Assembly (NCBI GenBank): GCA_963815455.1
Contig: CAWFGO010000003.1
Coordinates: forward strand, 192,001-256,000
Length of the DNA stretch: 64,000 nt
Origin: an uncultured Verrucomicrobiae bacterium
GTDB taxonomy: Bacteria > Verrucomicrobiota > Verrucomicrobiia > Chthoniobacterales > UBA10450
Direction of reading: 5' to 3'
Below the pieces are notes generated by a model, which made no database searches, had not been told where the DNA came from, and saw only the letters and a program-made list of their open reading frames with translations. The position numbers were made by a program, and so were the translations under genes. The first letter of the stretch is position 1; every line of letters begins with the position of its first letter. Positions 1 to 11,070 of this stretch are shown piece by piece.

Positions 1-369
1 GCCGGCAGAAGTGCAGGCATCCTTCAACGAAGTGAACAAAGCGCAACAGGACCGCGAGAACGCGATCAACATCGCGAACGGCGATTATAACGAAGCCGTT
101 CCGCGAGCACGCGGTCAGGCCGATCAAACGATTCGCGCGGCCGAAGGTTATCGCTTCAAGCGCGTGAATGAAGCGGAGGGCGACGTCGCCTCGTTCAACG
201 CCATCCTGGCCGAATACGTCAAGGCGCCGGAAATCACTCGGACCCGGCTTTATCTGGAAACGATGGGCGATGTCTTCCGGCGGCCGGCGAAAAAATCATC
301 ATCGACGACACAATGCGAAACTTGTTGCCGATCCTCCCGCTCAACGCCAAATCATTGGAGAAGAAATGA
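1..369 (+). CDS. hflK: FtsH protease modulator HflK, C-terminal part (5' truncated by the window, frameshifted near the 3' end)
   Basis: ORF 11.. reads ASFNEVNKAQQDRE...AEGYRFKRVNEAEGD...YVKAPEITRTRLYLETM, a typical HflK C-terminus; end inferred from an ATGA overlap with hflC at 366-369. Confidence 0.85.
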
Positions 370-1367
370 ACAAACGCGGCTGCCTGTGGCTGGTCTTCGA
401 TCGCGCTTTATCTTGGTCGCCGCGCGCGTTCTGATCGGCTGTTTCTACGTCGTTTACCAAACTCAACAGGTTATTGTCACGCAATTCGGAAAGCCGGTCG
501 GCGAGCCCATCACCGAGCCGGGGCTGCACTTCAAGCTTCCCATCATCCAGGAAGTCAACCGGATCGATAAGCGCTTTCTGGAATGGGGCGGTTCGCCCGT
601 CGCGATACCGACCCGGGACAAAACTTACATTCACGTCGATACGTTCGCGCGCTGGCGCATCTCGGATCCGAAGACTATTTCGTCCGCCTGCGCGACGAAC
701 GCAGCGCCCAATCGCGTTTGGAAGACATTCTCGGCAGCGAGACGCGCAACGCCGTGGCCAAGCATGATTTGATCGAGATCGTGCGCACGGACAAGGACCG
801 CAAGCCGCATGCGGGACGAGAACTTGAAAAATGTGCCGACCGGCTTTGGGACGATTGGCGTGCTGCCGCCGATTCGGTACGGGCGACTGGTGATCGAGGC
901 CGAGATCAAGAGCAAGGCGACGAACGAAACTGGCCGAGTTCGGCATCGACCTGCTCGACGTCCGGCTCAAGCGGGTAAATTACAATCCCGACGTTCTGGA
1001 TCGGATCTACCAGCGAATGATCAGCGAACGGCAGCAAATTGCGCAGCGCTTTCGTTCGGAAGGCGAAGGCGAGGCGGCGCGCATCGCCGGTCAAAGAGAG
1101 CGCGACCTGAACGAAATTCAATCGACCGCTTATCGGCAGGTGCAGCAAATCCGCGGCGAAGCCGATGCGAAGGCCACGGAGATTTACGCGCACGCCTACA
1201 CCCAGAACCCGCAGGCGGCCGAGTTCTACAGTTTCCTCAAGAGCATGGAGACGTATCGCAAGGTGTTCACGAAAGACTCGACGCTGGTGCTTTCCACCGA
1301 CAGCGACCTCTTCGGCCTGCTGAAACGCGCCAGCGCAAAACCGCAAACCCTGCCGCCGGCGCGGTAA
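366..1367 (+). CDS. hflC: FtsH protease modulator HflC (split over several frames)
   Basis: SPFH segments VTQFGKPV..EPGLHFKLP, ARWRISDP and RMISERQQIAQRFRSEGEGEA...FYSFLKSMETY in successive frames; follows hflK. Confidence 0.88.
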
Positions 1368-1368
1368 G

Positions 1369-1821
1369 TTACGCGCTTTCGCTTAATCGCTCGGCCAGGT
1401 AAGCATCGAAATCGGGATGGCCCGATTTCTTGAGGACGTGTTTGATCCAGGCGTCGCGCTCGAACGCTTGCACACGCAGATCCCAAACGCACACCGATGA
1501 ATCGGATTCTTTTCTTGGCGCCAATTTGTCCGGCTCGTTCAGACGCGAAAGAAACACTCGATGAAACAGTTCGTTCTCGTTTCCCCAAAAATCGACAAAC
1601 ACAAAACAAGCGCCCCGACCATCGTGCGCCCCGATAAACCCCACTTTGTAATTACTTGCCGTTTCCTTCGATAACACTTCGGCCGCGACGCGCTTTGCCG
1701 CCTCGAGTAATTGTGGTCGCGGCAGTTCGCCTTTGAACGCGATCCCATAAAGTTTCATCCGCCAATCGCCAATGTTGAACAGCTCGATGAATTGAAATGA
1801 GCGCGGGTGGTATGATTCCAT
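1369..1821 (-). CDS. conserved hypothetical protein
   Basis: 150 aa ORF with protein-like composition (GFIGAHDG..FVFVDFWGNENEL, CVWDL..AFERDAW). Confidence 0.7.
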   Translation of the reverse strand: MESYHPRSFQFIELFNIGDWRMKLYGIAFKGELPRPQLLEAAKRVAAEVLSKETASNYKVGFIGAHDGRGACFVFVDFWGNENELFHRVFLSRLNEPDKLAPRKESDSSVCVWDLRVQAFERDAWIKHVLKKSGHPDFDAYLAERLSESA

Positions 1822-1964
1822 AGTTAACGGACACGAAACTGATCAACCTTGTCATATCGAACATCTACCGCTAATAAAGAAATAATGTTTCCCTGTATTG
1901 GTCCTCCTTTCTCGAGCAAATCAAAAATGGGCGAACTCCGTTTCGTCGAATCATAGTTAGGCCG

Positions 1965-2669
1965 ATGCGCTCTCTTTCACTACTAATCGCCATTGTGATT
2001 TGTCTGCACGGTATTATGCAACAGACCCCGGCCGCGCCCAAAAAAACATCGCTGGCCGAAAGGTATAACGCTCAGGTCACCAGAATCGCGAGGCGCGCGA
2101 TCGATTCCGCGCTATCGAAGCATCCCGCGCGGCTGAAGGATGTTTCATTGAAGCTTCGCTACGTTATCGGTCCAGATGGCAACGTGTATAACGTGACGGT
2201 GGTTTCGTTCAAGTCGGACGCCTGGGTGGAGAAGACCGCCGTTGAGGCTCTTAAGGCGATTACATTTCCGCCAATTCCAAAGGATGTGCGGCAAGAGCTG
2301 CGGATGGATTACTTGGACGAGGAAGTGGACGTGAGTTATCAGAGCGAAGCGTCGGCCGATGCGGCCACTCCGGCGTTCGACAAGTATAACTTGCGGGTTC
2401 ACAAGATGCTGCAAGATCAGGTTAAGGCGGCATTCTACTCGCAATCGCGTCGACTCGAAGTGGACTATGAGTTCTACTTGGATTCACAGGGCCGTGTGGT
2501 CAATCTGCACGCTTACGCCAAGGCCGGCGGTCGTTCGGCCGAGCGAATCATCGCTGACAGCATCCGAGCGTTAAAATGTCCACCGGTCCCGCGGCAGGTT
2601 TTCAAAGAGCTGGATCAAAAACCCCCATTAAAGATTTACGGAACATTGAGCTGGGATCCGAAAGGCTAA
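1965..2669 (+). CDS. exported protein with two TonB/TolA C-terminal-like repeats
   Basis: N-terminal signal; two similar halves (YVIGPDGNV...ALKAITFPPIP and FYLDSQGRV...SIRALKCPPVP). Confidence 0.6.
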   Translation: MRSLSLLIAIVICLHGIMQQTPAAPKKTSLAERYNAQVTRIARRAIDSALSKHPARLKDVSLKLRYVIGPDGNVYNVTVVSFKSDAWVEKTAVEALKAITFPPIPKDVRQELRMDYLDEEVDVSYQSEASADAATPAFDKYNLRVHKMLQDQVKAAFYSQSRRLEVDYEFYLDSQGRVVNLHAYAKAGGRSAERIIADSIRALKCPPVPRQVFKELDQKPPLKIYGTLSWDPKG

Positions 2670-2717
2670 CCGTGCTATTTGCCTGACAACATGGAATCCC
2701 GTTTCCTCGTTAGGCCG

Positions 2718-3584
2718 ATGTTACGCATTTTTGTCATCCTGATGGTTCTTTCCGTAGCTGCAGACGCGCAATCGACAGCGGATCAGAGCGTGAATATAGC
2801 AGGCAGGCAGCAATTCGAAGCGATGCTCAAGGCAGAGGCGCCATACCTCGCGAAAGCCCGCGCAACTTATCCAAGCGCTAAAAAGCGTTATCTTGCCGGG
2901 CTTCCGCCCGGGTACAGTTTCGCGGTGCGCAAGCATCTGGCGGAGCCACGTACCGAGCCAGGGCCACAACGGTTACAAGGCGTTTACATCGAAGTCGACG
3001 CTATTAAAGACGGCAAAATCTATGGTCGAATTGGTGAAGTTAACTTGCCCTCCTTTCATAGGGGCCAGCGCATATCCTTTCCTGAGCCGGAGATAGAGGA
3101 TTGGGCAATCTTCCATCCCGACGGCAGCGTCGAGGGAGATGTCGTGGGCAAGTTTCTAAAGAGCGCGCGATCTGCTTACACGAATGACCTAGCACTCTCT
3201 CCGGGTGACATCGCAAAAATCAAGCGGGTTTGCCATCAAGCTATTGGGCTGGCATTTCAAGACGCTGAACTTTGGAGGGGGGTTCAGCCGTTCTTTCAGA
3301 GCGAGTCGGATTTTTATCAACCGATAACCACCTGTGCTGGCGAATATTGCAGCGGGGGGCTGCGCCTGCGAGATGACAGCGAGGTGTTGTATACTTACCT
3401 GCACATTGACCGGAACAGCGGCGATCTTACTCCAGACCGTGGACGTAAGGGTAATAACCGAATCACGGGTGTGTCATTGATTAGACACGGCAAAACTATT
3501 TTTTCCGAGGGCCATATCGACCGACAAACTACCGACCTGTATCTCCGCCACCGCGACGCCTCAAAACCGAAGCGAGCTAAGTGA
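2718..3584 (+). CDS. exported hypothetical protein, DUF2314/YegJ-like N-terminal domain plus an unrelated C-terminal region
   Basis: signal peptide from ATG 2718; KARATYP..KKRY, IYGRI, I.DW...DG..EG..VGKFL resemble DUF2314. Confidence 0.5.
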   Translation: MLRIFVILMVLSVAADAQSTADQSVNIAGRQQFEAMLKAEAPYLAKARATYPSAKKRYLAGLPPGYSFAVRKHLAEPRTEPGPQRLQGVYIEVDAIKDGKIYGRIGEVNLPSFHRGQRISFPEPEIEDWAIFHPDGSVEGDVVGKFLKSARSAYTNDLALSPGDIAKIKRVCHQAIGLAFQDAELWRGVQPFFQSESDFYQPITTCAGEYCSGGLRLRDDSEVLYTYLHIDRNSGDLTPDRGRKGNNRITGVSLIRHGKTIFSEGHIDRQTTDLYLRHRDASKPKRAK

Positions 3585-3697
3585 TGCGTCTGGCCCTATT
3601 AGGATTGTCAATCGTGGGAGCAGACTATTTTTTGCTTTGTCTCTTGGCGGTTTTCCTTTCCCGATTATTCCAGCTTATACGTTGATAGCGACATCGA

Positions 3698-4957
3698 TCA
3701 CGGCGGAATGATTTTTCCGCTGACTTCGCCGAATCCGACCCGATAGCCGTCGCCCTGACACCAGCCGGCGATCGAGAGTGTGTCGCCGTCCTCCAGCCAT
3801 TTGCGCTCTTCACCGCTCGGTAACTTCAGAGGATTTGCACCGCGCCAGGTTAGTTCGAGCATGCAGCCGCGCGATTCTTCGGTCGGGCCGCTGATGGTGC
3901 CGCTGGCCAGCAAATCGCCGGGCTGAAGGTTGCAGCCGTTTACGGTGTGATGAGCGAGTTGCTGCGAAATGCTCCAGTAAAGATTTTGGAAATTCGTCCG
4001 CGTGATCGTATGCGGCACGTCCATCTTTGTTGTTCGAAGATGCGCTTCCAGGTTGATGTCGAAGGTAAAATCGTTCTTCGACCGCAAATACGGCAACGGC
4101 TCGGGATCCTGCGGTGGCAGAGGCTTACGGAAAGATTCGAGCGCTTCCAGTGTTACCACCCACGGTGAAATACTGGTGCAGAAGTTTTTCGCCAGGAAGG
4201 GACCGAGCGGTTGATATTCCCACGCTTGAATGTCGCGCGCGCTCCAATCGTTCATCAGAACAAAACCAAAAATATGATCGACGGCGCGATCGATCGGGAC
4301 CGGCTGGCCAAGCGGATTACCGGGGCCGATCAGGAAAGCCATTTCCAGTTCGTAATCGAAACTTTTCGTCGGACCGAACACCGGTGCCGGCGAATCGGGC
4401 GGTTTGATCTGGCCGCGCGGGCGCCGAACATCGGTTCCGCTCACGACGATGGAACTGGCCCGGCCATGATATGCCACTGGCAGCCATTTCCAATTCGGCA
4501 TGAGCGCGTTCTCCGGGCCGCGCAACATGGTGCCGACGTTGTGCGCATGATGTAGCGACGAGTAGAAATCGGTGTAATCGCCGATGCGGGCCGGCAGTTG
4601 CATCGTTACATCGCTTTGCCGATGAAAAACCCGCGCGCGAAGATCGACATTGTCGCGCAGCGTTGCCGTGTTCGCGGCGAGCAGATTCTGCAAGACCTCA
4701 CGAACTTTTCGCCAGGCCGGCCGGCCGAGTGCCAGAAATGCGTTCAGTGAATCTTGTGAAAACAGAGGTCGATCCTGGCCAAGATCGAAATGGCCCTTTT
4801 CTTCAAGAACGGAAAGATCGACAATCTCGTTGCCGATGGCGACGCCGATGCGGGCTTTGCCCTCGCGCGGCTTGAAAACACCGAAGGGCAGGTTCTCCAG
4901 CGGGAAATGCGAATCGGGCGGAATATCGATAAAAGAGCGAAGTGGCATGATGGGCAT
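3698..4957 (-). CDS. fahA: fumarylacetoacetase
   Basis: FPLENLPFG, GDYTDFYSS..HA.NVG, YHGRASS, DYELE, NDWSARDIQAWEYQPLGPF, GDLLASGTISG. Confidence 0.95.
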   Translation of the reverse strand: MPIMPLRSFIDIPPDSHFPLENLPFGVFKPREGKARIGVAIGNEIVDLSVLEEKGHFDLGQDRPLFSQDSLNAFLALGRPAWRKVREVLQNLLAANTATLRDNVDLRARVFHRQSDVTMQLPARIGDYTDFYSSLHHAHNVGTMLRGPENALMPNWKWLPVAYHGRASSIVVSGTDVRRPRGQIKPPDSPAPVFGPTKSFDYELEMAFLIGPGNPLGQPVPIDRAVDHIFGFVLMNDWSARDIQAWEYQPLGPFLAKNFCTSISPWVVTLEALESFRKPLPPQDPEPLPYLRSKNDFTFDINLEAHLRTTKMDVPHTITRTNFQNLYWSISQQLAHHTVNGCNLQPGDLLASGTISGPTEESRGCMLELTWRGANPLKLPSGEERKWLEDGDTLSIAGWCQGDGYRVGFGEVSGKIIPP

Positions 4958-4960
4958 TTA

Positions 4961-5026
4961 ACCACGAAGAGCACGAAGGCCACGAAGAATTAATCTCCGC
5001 TTCGTGCTCTTCGTGTCCTTCGTGGT
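4961..5026. repeat. inverted pair of nonamer (CACGAAGnn) arrays forming a hairpin
   Basis: accacgaagagcacgaaggccacgaag ... cttcgtgctcttcgtgtccttcgtggt. Confidence 0.8.
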
Positions 5027-5029
5027 GGA

Positions 5030-5947
5030 TTACAGGAAATTCAAGGCGCGTAAATCTTCCCGCGGCTCGTCGAAGCTGCAGCTGCCGAATGAGGTCACGA
5101 ATTTGCGGCGGGCTTTGATGCGGTCCGTGGCGATCTCCCACTCGCGCCAGGCAAACAGCGTATCGTCAAAAGAAAATGATTTCGGATTTTCGTCTTCCAG
5201 CATGGCCAGGACTTGTCCTTCATCCCAGGCATGTTCGGCCGCCAGCACGCCGGCGCCCAACACATTGAGAAATCCGTGCATCTTTGTTTTTACTTCGTCG
5301 CGGAATTGGCGGATCGGATGATGCAAACCGGCGGTGAACTTGATCCGGACGTGATGTTGCGCCGCGAAGACAAGCGCGGTGGCAATTTGCGCCGAACTGG
5401 GAAAAGCATCCTCAGTCACCCCGCCTGTGCGCAGCTTGTAACCGAACGGCCGGGCGTGTTTTTCAGTGTCGTGCTTGGCCAGCAAGTCAATCGTGCTTTC
5501 AGCGGTGTCGGGCGGCGTTTCCCAGAAAACGTTCAATTGCATCTCTCCAATCATCGCGCGCGCTTCGGCCAGCAGACGAAGATCGACATCGGCGGGCAAG
5601 AGCATCTCGAGTTGGCCAATCGCAACCTGCTCGGAATGTTCGGAAGAGAATTTACGAATGGCGTCGATTGTTTCTTTGAGAGCCGAGCCAAAGGCCGCAG
5701 CATTTTCCGTTTTCGGTCCCAGCGCGGAAACGCGCAATGGATGTTTGCGATCGAACAGCGAAAGATTGGCGCCGGCGGCGTCAAATTTCGCAACGGGAAG
5801 GATAAACGCGCCCAGCATCGACGCATCCGGGGAACGAACATACTCGGCCTGATTTTTTAGCGCCGGTTCCAGATCGAGGCTGCATGGAGGGAACAACCCG
5901 GCGTAATCGATCGACTGGGTCAAAAGCGCGTGAAGTGAAGCGGGCAT
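5030..5947 (-). CDS. conserved hypothetical protein between two FAH-family genes
   Basis: 305 aa; motifs IDYAGLFPP, KLRTGG, KFTAGLHHP, HGFLN, SFGSCSFDEP. Confidence 0.75.
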   Translation of the reverse strand: MPASLHALLTQSIDYAGLFPPCSLDLEPALKNQAEYVRSPDASMLGAFILPVAKFDAAGANLSLFDRKHPLRVSALGPKTENAAAFGSALKETIDAIRKFSSEHSEQVAIGQLEMLLPADVDLRLLAEARAMIGEMQLNVFWETPPDTAESTIDLLAKHDTEKHARPFGYKLRTGGVTEDAFPSSAQIATALVFAAQHHVRIKFTAGLHHPIRQFRDEVKTKMHGFLNVLGAGVLAAEHAWDEGQVLAMLEDENPKSFSFDDTLFAWREWEIATDRIKARRKFVTSFGSCSFDEPREDLRALNFL

Positions 5948-6003
5948 GAATGCAATTGAACTCTGCCGGTACGTGTTTCGTCAACAGGAGTTGGCTGGGA
6001 ATT

Positions 6004-6978
6004 CTATTTGCGTGCGACCACACGTGTGCGCAATACCCCGAGCCGCTCGATTTCCAACTCGACGACGTCGTTGGGCTTGAGCCAGCCGCCGGTGTTTTCG
6101 GGGCCGAGTTCCCAAATGCAACCGCCGGCCACTGCTCCGGTTCCGATCAGCGCGCCAGGAAAAAGATCGGCATCGCGCGACGCCTGCGCGATCATCTTTG
6201 GGACGGAGTGAAACAAGCCCGAAGCATTTCCACTGGAGAGCTCGCGGCCATTCAACCGCGCCCTCATTTCGAGCGAGATTTTATCCTTGTCGATCTTATC
6301 GCTGAGTTCATCGCGGGTTATGAGCACCGGGCCAACCGCGGTGGCAAAATCTTTTCCCTTGGCCGGACCGAACCCGACGTCCATTTCCGCGCGCTCCAGA
6401 TCGCGTGCGCTAAAGTCGTTGATGATAGTAAATCCGGCGACGTGATCCCAAGCCTGCTCCGGAGTAACATCGCGGGCAGATTTTCCGATCACCAGACCAA
6501 GCTCGAGCTCGTAATCGAGTTCATTCGAACCCGCCGGCGCGAAAACTTCGGCATCGGCTCCGATCAGCGAATTTGGATTCGAAAAATGAAAGACGGGCAT
6601 CGAATACCAGGCCTGAGCCATGTCGAGGCCGCGCCGCCCGCGAATCGTCCGCACATGTTGCTCGAACCCATAAAAATCGCGAAACGTGGGCGGACGAAGA
6701 ATCGGCGGCAACAAATTTTTAGCGCGAAAACTCTTGCCGCCGCGCTTCTGGAAAACCTTTTCATGTTCGGGCCAGTCGCTCAGTTTTCGAGTAAACTCGG
6801 ATAACCGCGCCATGAGACCGGGAAGAAATTCCTCCAGTGGCGCCGCTGGATTGTCCGGCAGGTTTGCCTGTTCGAAAAAGCTGAGAAAGGCATGCAGAGC
6901 CACATAGCGGTCGGTATCGACCCAGACCGCGGCGAGCGGCGTCGATTCACCTTCGGCAATAAGAGTGGCCAGCCGCAT
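6004..6978 (-). CDS. fumarylacetoacetate hydrolase family protein
   Basis: FRDFYGFEQH, LDYELE, NDFSARD, KGKDFAT, IGTGA, ELEIERLG.L. Confidence 0.9.
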   Translation of the reverse strand: MRLATLIAEGESTPLAAVWVDTDRYVALHAFLSFFEQANLPDNPAAPLEEFLPGLMARLSEFTRKLSDWPEHEKVFQKRGGKSFRAKNLLPPILRPPTFRDFYGFEQHVRTIRGRRGLDMAQAWYSMPVFHFSNPNSLIGADAEVFAPAGSNELDYELELGLVIGKSARDVTPEQAWDHVAGFTIINDFSARDLERAEMDVGFGPAKGKDFATAVGPVLITRDELSDKIDKDKISLEMRARLNGRELSSGNASGLFHSVPKMIAQASRDADLFPGALIGTGAVAGGCIWELGPENTGGWLKPNDVVELEIERLGVLRTRVVARK

Positions 6979-7026
6979 ATCGGAGAATCAGAAATCAGAA
7001 GTCAGCAATCCAAAGATCGGCATCGT

Positions 7027-7323
7027 CTAGCTATCGGCATACATTTCGCCAAGTAAACGCCTCAGGGCCGCTGCGTCGCGAGGAGAAAGCGATCCGAGCT
7101 TTCGGCCGAGGCGACTCTTACTGATTGCGCGGATCTGGTCGGCGGCAATCTCAGCCGGCTTGCCAGTGATTTTGACCGGAAGGCGTGTTCGCCAGCCGGA
7201 ATAAACAGAGTTCCACTCCGACCAATTCTCTTCGGCGGCAGCCATCGCCATTGCGGTTTGTTCCCAAGAAAGCTTGGGGCGGCAGGGGTGCCTAGCGCGC
7301 CGTTTTGCTCTGACCGGTTTCAT
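7027..7323 (-). pseudogene. collapsed AbrB/MazE antitoxin + PemK/MazF toxin remnant
   Basis: KLSWEQTAMAMAAAEENWSEW (antitoxin-like tail) fused in frame to RLPVKITGKPAEIAADQIRAISKSRLGRKLGSL (MazF C-terminal half); MazF N-terminus absent. Confidence 0.6.
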
Positions 7324-7366
7324 TGTGAAAGCTCCGTAATACACATAGGCCAGGGTTGAGCCAGCG

Positions 7367-8312
7367 CTAATCGCACGTAGCCAGTTGCGGCATCATGCTA
7401 AACGACGCGCGTAGCTCAGCCAGAGGCGAAATGGTTTGAATTCCTTCCTTATTTTCAAATGCGCGTTGTTCATGATGATCGGTCAGACCCCAGCACGGCT
7501 CGATGCAAAGGAACGCTCCGCCATCGGACCACAGCGTCACATATGGCACGCCGGTAAGATCGACAATCATCCAGCGGCCGCTGGGCGGATCGACGTAGGA
7601 AAATTCGCGTCTTGGAACATCGACAAGTTCGAGAATGACGGAGCCGGGCAACTCTGGTTTCGGGAACGGCATTTCGCCGCCGGCGAATTCGAGGTCGCGG
7701 GTTTCGCCGGAGAGATAATTGTCCGGCGAAAAATGGCGGCGATACAGGCCGCGCGGCATCTGCAAATGAAATGCCTCGAACGAAGTCGCGGCAAAACCCG
7801 GATGCAATCCGAATTCGACATGCGCGGTCAGCTCGGGCTCGTCATTTCGAAATGCGAACTCAACACGCACCTTGTTCAGGTCGATCTTGTAGGTTAGATC
7901 GAGACTGACTCGCAGCGGATACTCCGTCGCGAGAAAAATCCTCCGGCGTGATCCGATAGGTTAGGGACGCGATTCCATCCGTGTTTGCCTCGATCAATTT
8001 CCAAGTCTTCGAGCGAAGAAAGCTGTGCGTCCCGCCTCGGATTTCGCGGCCACGGTACAAACTCTTCCCGTCTTTGAGCCGGTGAAGATAGTAACCCATC
8101 ACGGTGGCGTGATTCGCCCAGCCTTTCGACGGCGGAGTGATGTCGTCATCGCGATGAAGAAATCCGATCCATTGGCCGGTCTCGTCCATCCGGGCGAGAC
8201 TGATCAATTCCGCGCCGAGCCTCGAGACGGTGAGGCGCAGGCCGTTTTCTTCGTCGGTTAAGACATCGAATTGTCGATCCTGCCGGTTCTCTTCGCGATG
8301 GGAAAAATTCAT
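7367..8312 (-). CDS. aldose 1-epimerase-like protein (frameshifted)
   Basis: GAELISL, HSFLRS, FGLHPGF, FLCIEPCWG in two frames; start MNFSHREE at 8312. Confidence 0.75.
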
Positions 8313-8338
8313 CGATTCTCGTCGTTCAGGCGAAATCA

Positions 8339-8410
8339 GGTAGGGACGTTCTCCGAAACCTCCGACGAATTCAATGAACACCACGGACGCCCCGGAGGTG
8401 CGTCCCTACC
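8339..8410. repeat. GTAG-type REP doublet
   Basis: ggtagggacg...cgtccctacc inverted ends. Confidence 0.7.
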
Positions 8411-8479
8411 TGAAAGATACTGGATTCTATCGAATCCCGCCTGCATAACCAGCCAGGCCAGGCCTCTCAAGATCACGGC

Positions 8480-9745
<1,266 letters not shown>

Positions 9746-9894
9746 GGGAACGCGCTATTCAGCGCAAGTGCAGTTTGGTATTTGCGCTTTCGTTGTCCCG
9801 GCGTCAAATCCAAACCATTGGAGGGTGCCCGCGCCCAGGAATCTATTAGGAGGCAAGATCGACAATTGCGTTTGACCTTGTAACGTCGGTCGAA

Positions 9895-11014
9895 ATGAAA
9901 ATTGAAACTGTGGCGGTCCACGCAGGCCATACCGTCGATCCGGCGACTGGGGCGGTCTCCTCGCCGATTTATCTTTCCACCACGTTCGAGCGCGACATCG
10001 ATGGCGCTTATTCGCGCGGGTTCATGTATACGCGCAACGACAATCCCAATCGCCAGGCGCTTGAACAAGGTGTCAGCGCGCTGGAAGGCGGAGCGGCCGC
10101 GGCGGCTTTTGCTTCCGGAAGCGGCGCCACCATGGCGATCTTCCAGGCGTTGGCGCCGGGCGATCACGTTCTCGCCCATGTCGATGCTTATTACGGCACG
10201 ACGCGATTGCTGCGAGAAATCTTTCTTCGCTGGGGATCTCGAAGCCGATTTTATCGACATGAGCGATCTGGCCGCGGTGAAGAAAGCGTTGCGGCCGAAA
10301 ACGAAACTGGCCTGGGTGGAAACGCCTTCCAATCCGTTGTTGAAAATTGTCGATCTCGCCGCGGTTGCGAAAATCGTCCATGAGGCCGGCGCCATTTGCG
10401 TTTGCGACAATACCTGGGCGCCAATATTGCAACGCCCGTTCGATCTCGGCGCCGATTTGATTCTTCATTCGACCACGAAATATTTCGGCGGTCATTGCGA
10501 TGTTCTCGGCGGGATCGTGGTGGCCAAAACCGACAACGAATTCTTTCAGCCGGATTCGCGAGATTCAATATTCGAAGGCGGCGCAGTCCCCTCGCCTTTT
10601 GATTGCTGGCTGATCCTGCGCGGAATGCGCACGCTCCCCTGGCGGATGCGCGCGCATTCGGAAAACGCCATGAAAGTGGCGAGTTTTCTCGCCCAACATC
10701 GACAAGTAGATCGCGTCCATTATCCCGGATTGCGTTCCCATCCGGGGCATGCAATTGCCGCGAAACAGATGTCGATGTTCGGCGGCATGCTTTCGTTTGA
10801 AGTGAAAGACGGAGGCGATGCGGCTATGCGGGTTGCGGCGAAAACGAAAATCTTTATTCGCGCGACCAGCCTGGGCGGCGTGGAGAGTTTGATCGAGCAT
10901 CGCGCTTCGATCGAGGGACCGGGCTCGACTTCGCCGGAAGGCTTGCTCCGATTATCCATCGGTCTCGAAAATGCCGACGATTTGATCGAGGATCTCGATC
11001 AGGCGCTGGGATAA
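9895..11014 (+). CDS. Cys/Met metabolism PLP enzyme (cystathionine gamma-synthase/lyase family; frameshifted)
   Basis: PIYLSTTF, YTRNDNP, ETPSNP, DNTW, HSTTKYFGGH, SLGGVESL, LRLSIGLE. Confidence 0.9.
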
Positions 11015-11018
11015 AATT

Positions 11019-11068
11019 GGAGGGACATGCTCCGTCATGTCCCCGGACGCGACGGAGCGCGTCCCTCC
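11019..11068. repeat. GGAGGGAC-type REP doublet between convergent genes
   Basis: ggagggacatg..catgtcc ccggacgcg..cgcgtccctcc; related copy at 51107-51155. Confidence 0.75.
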
Positions 11069-11070
11069 AT

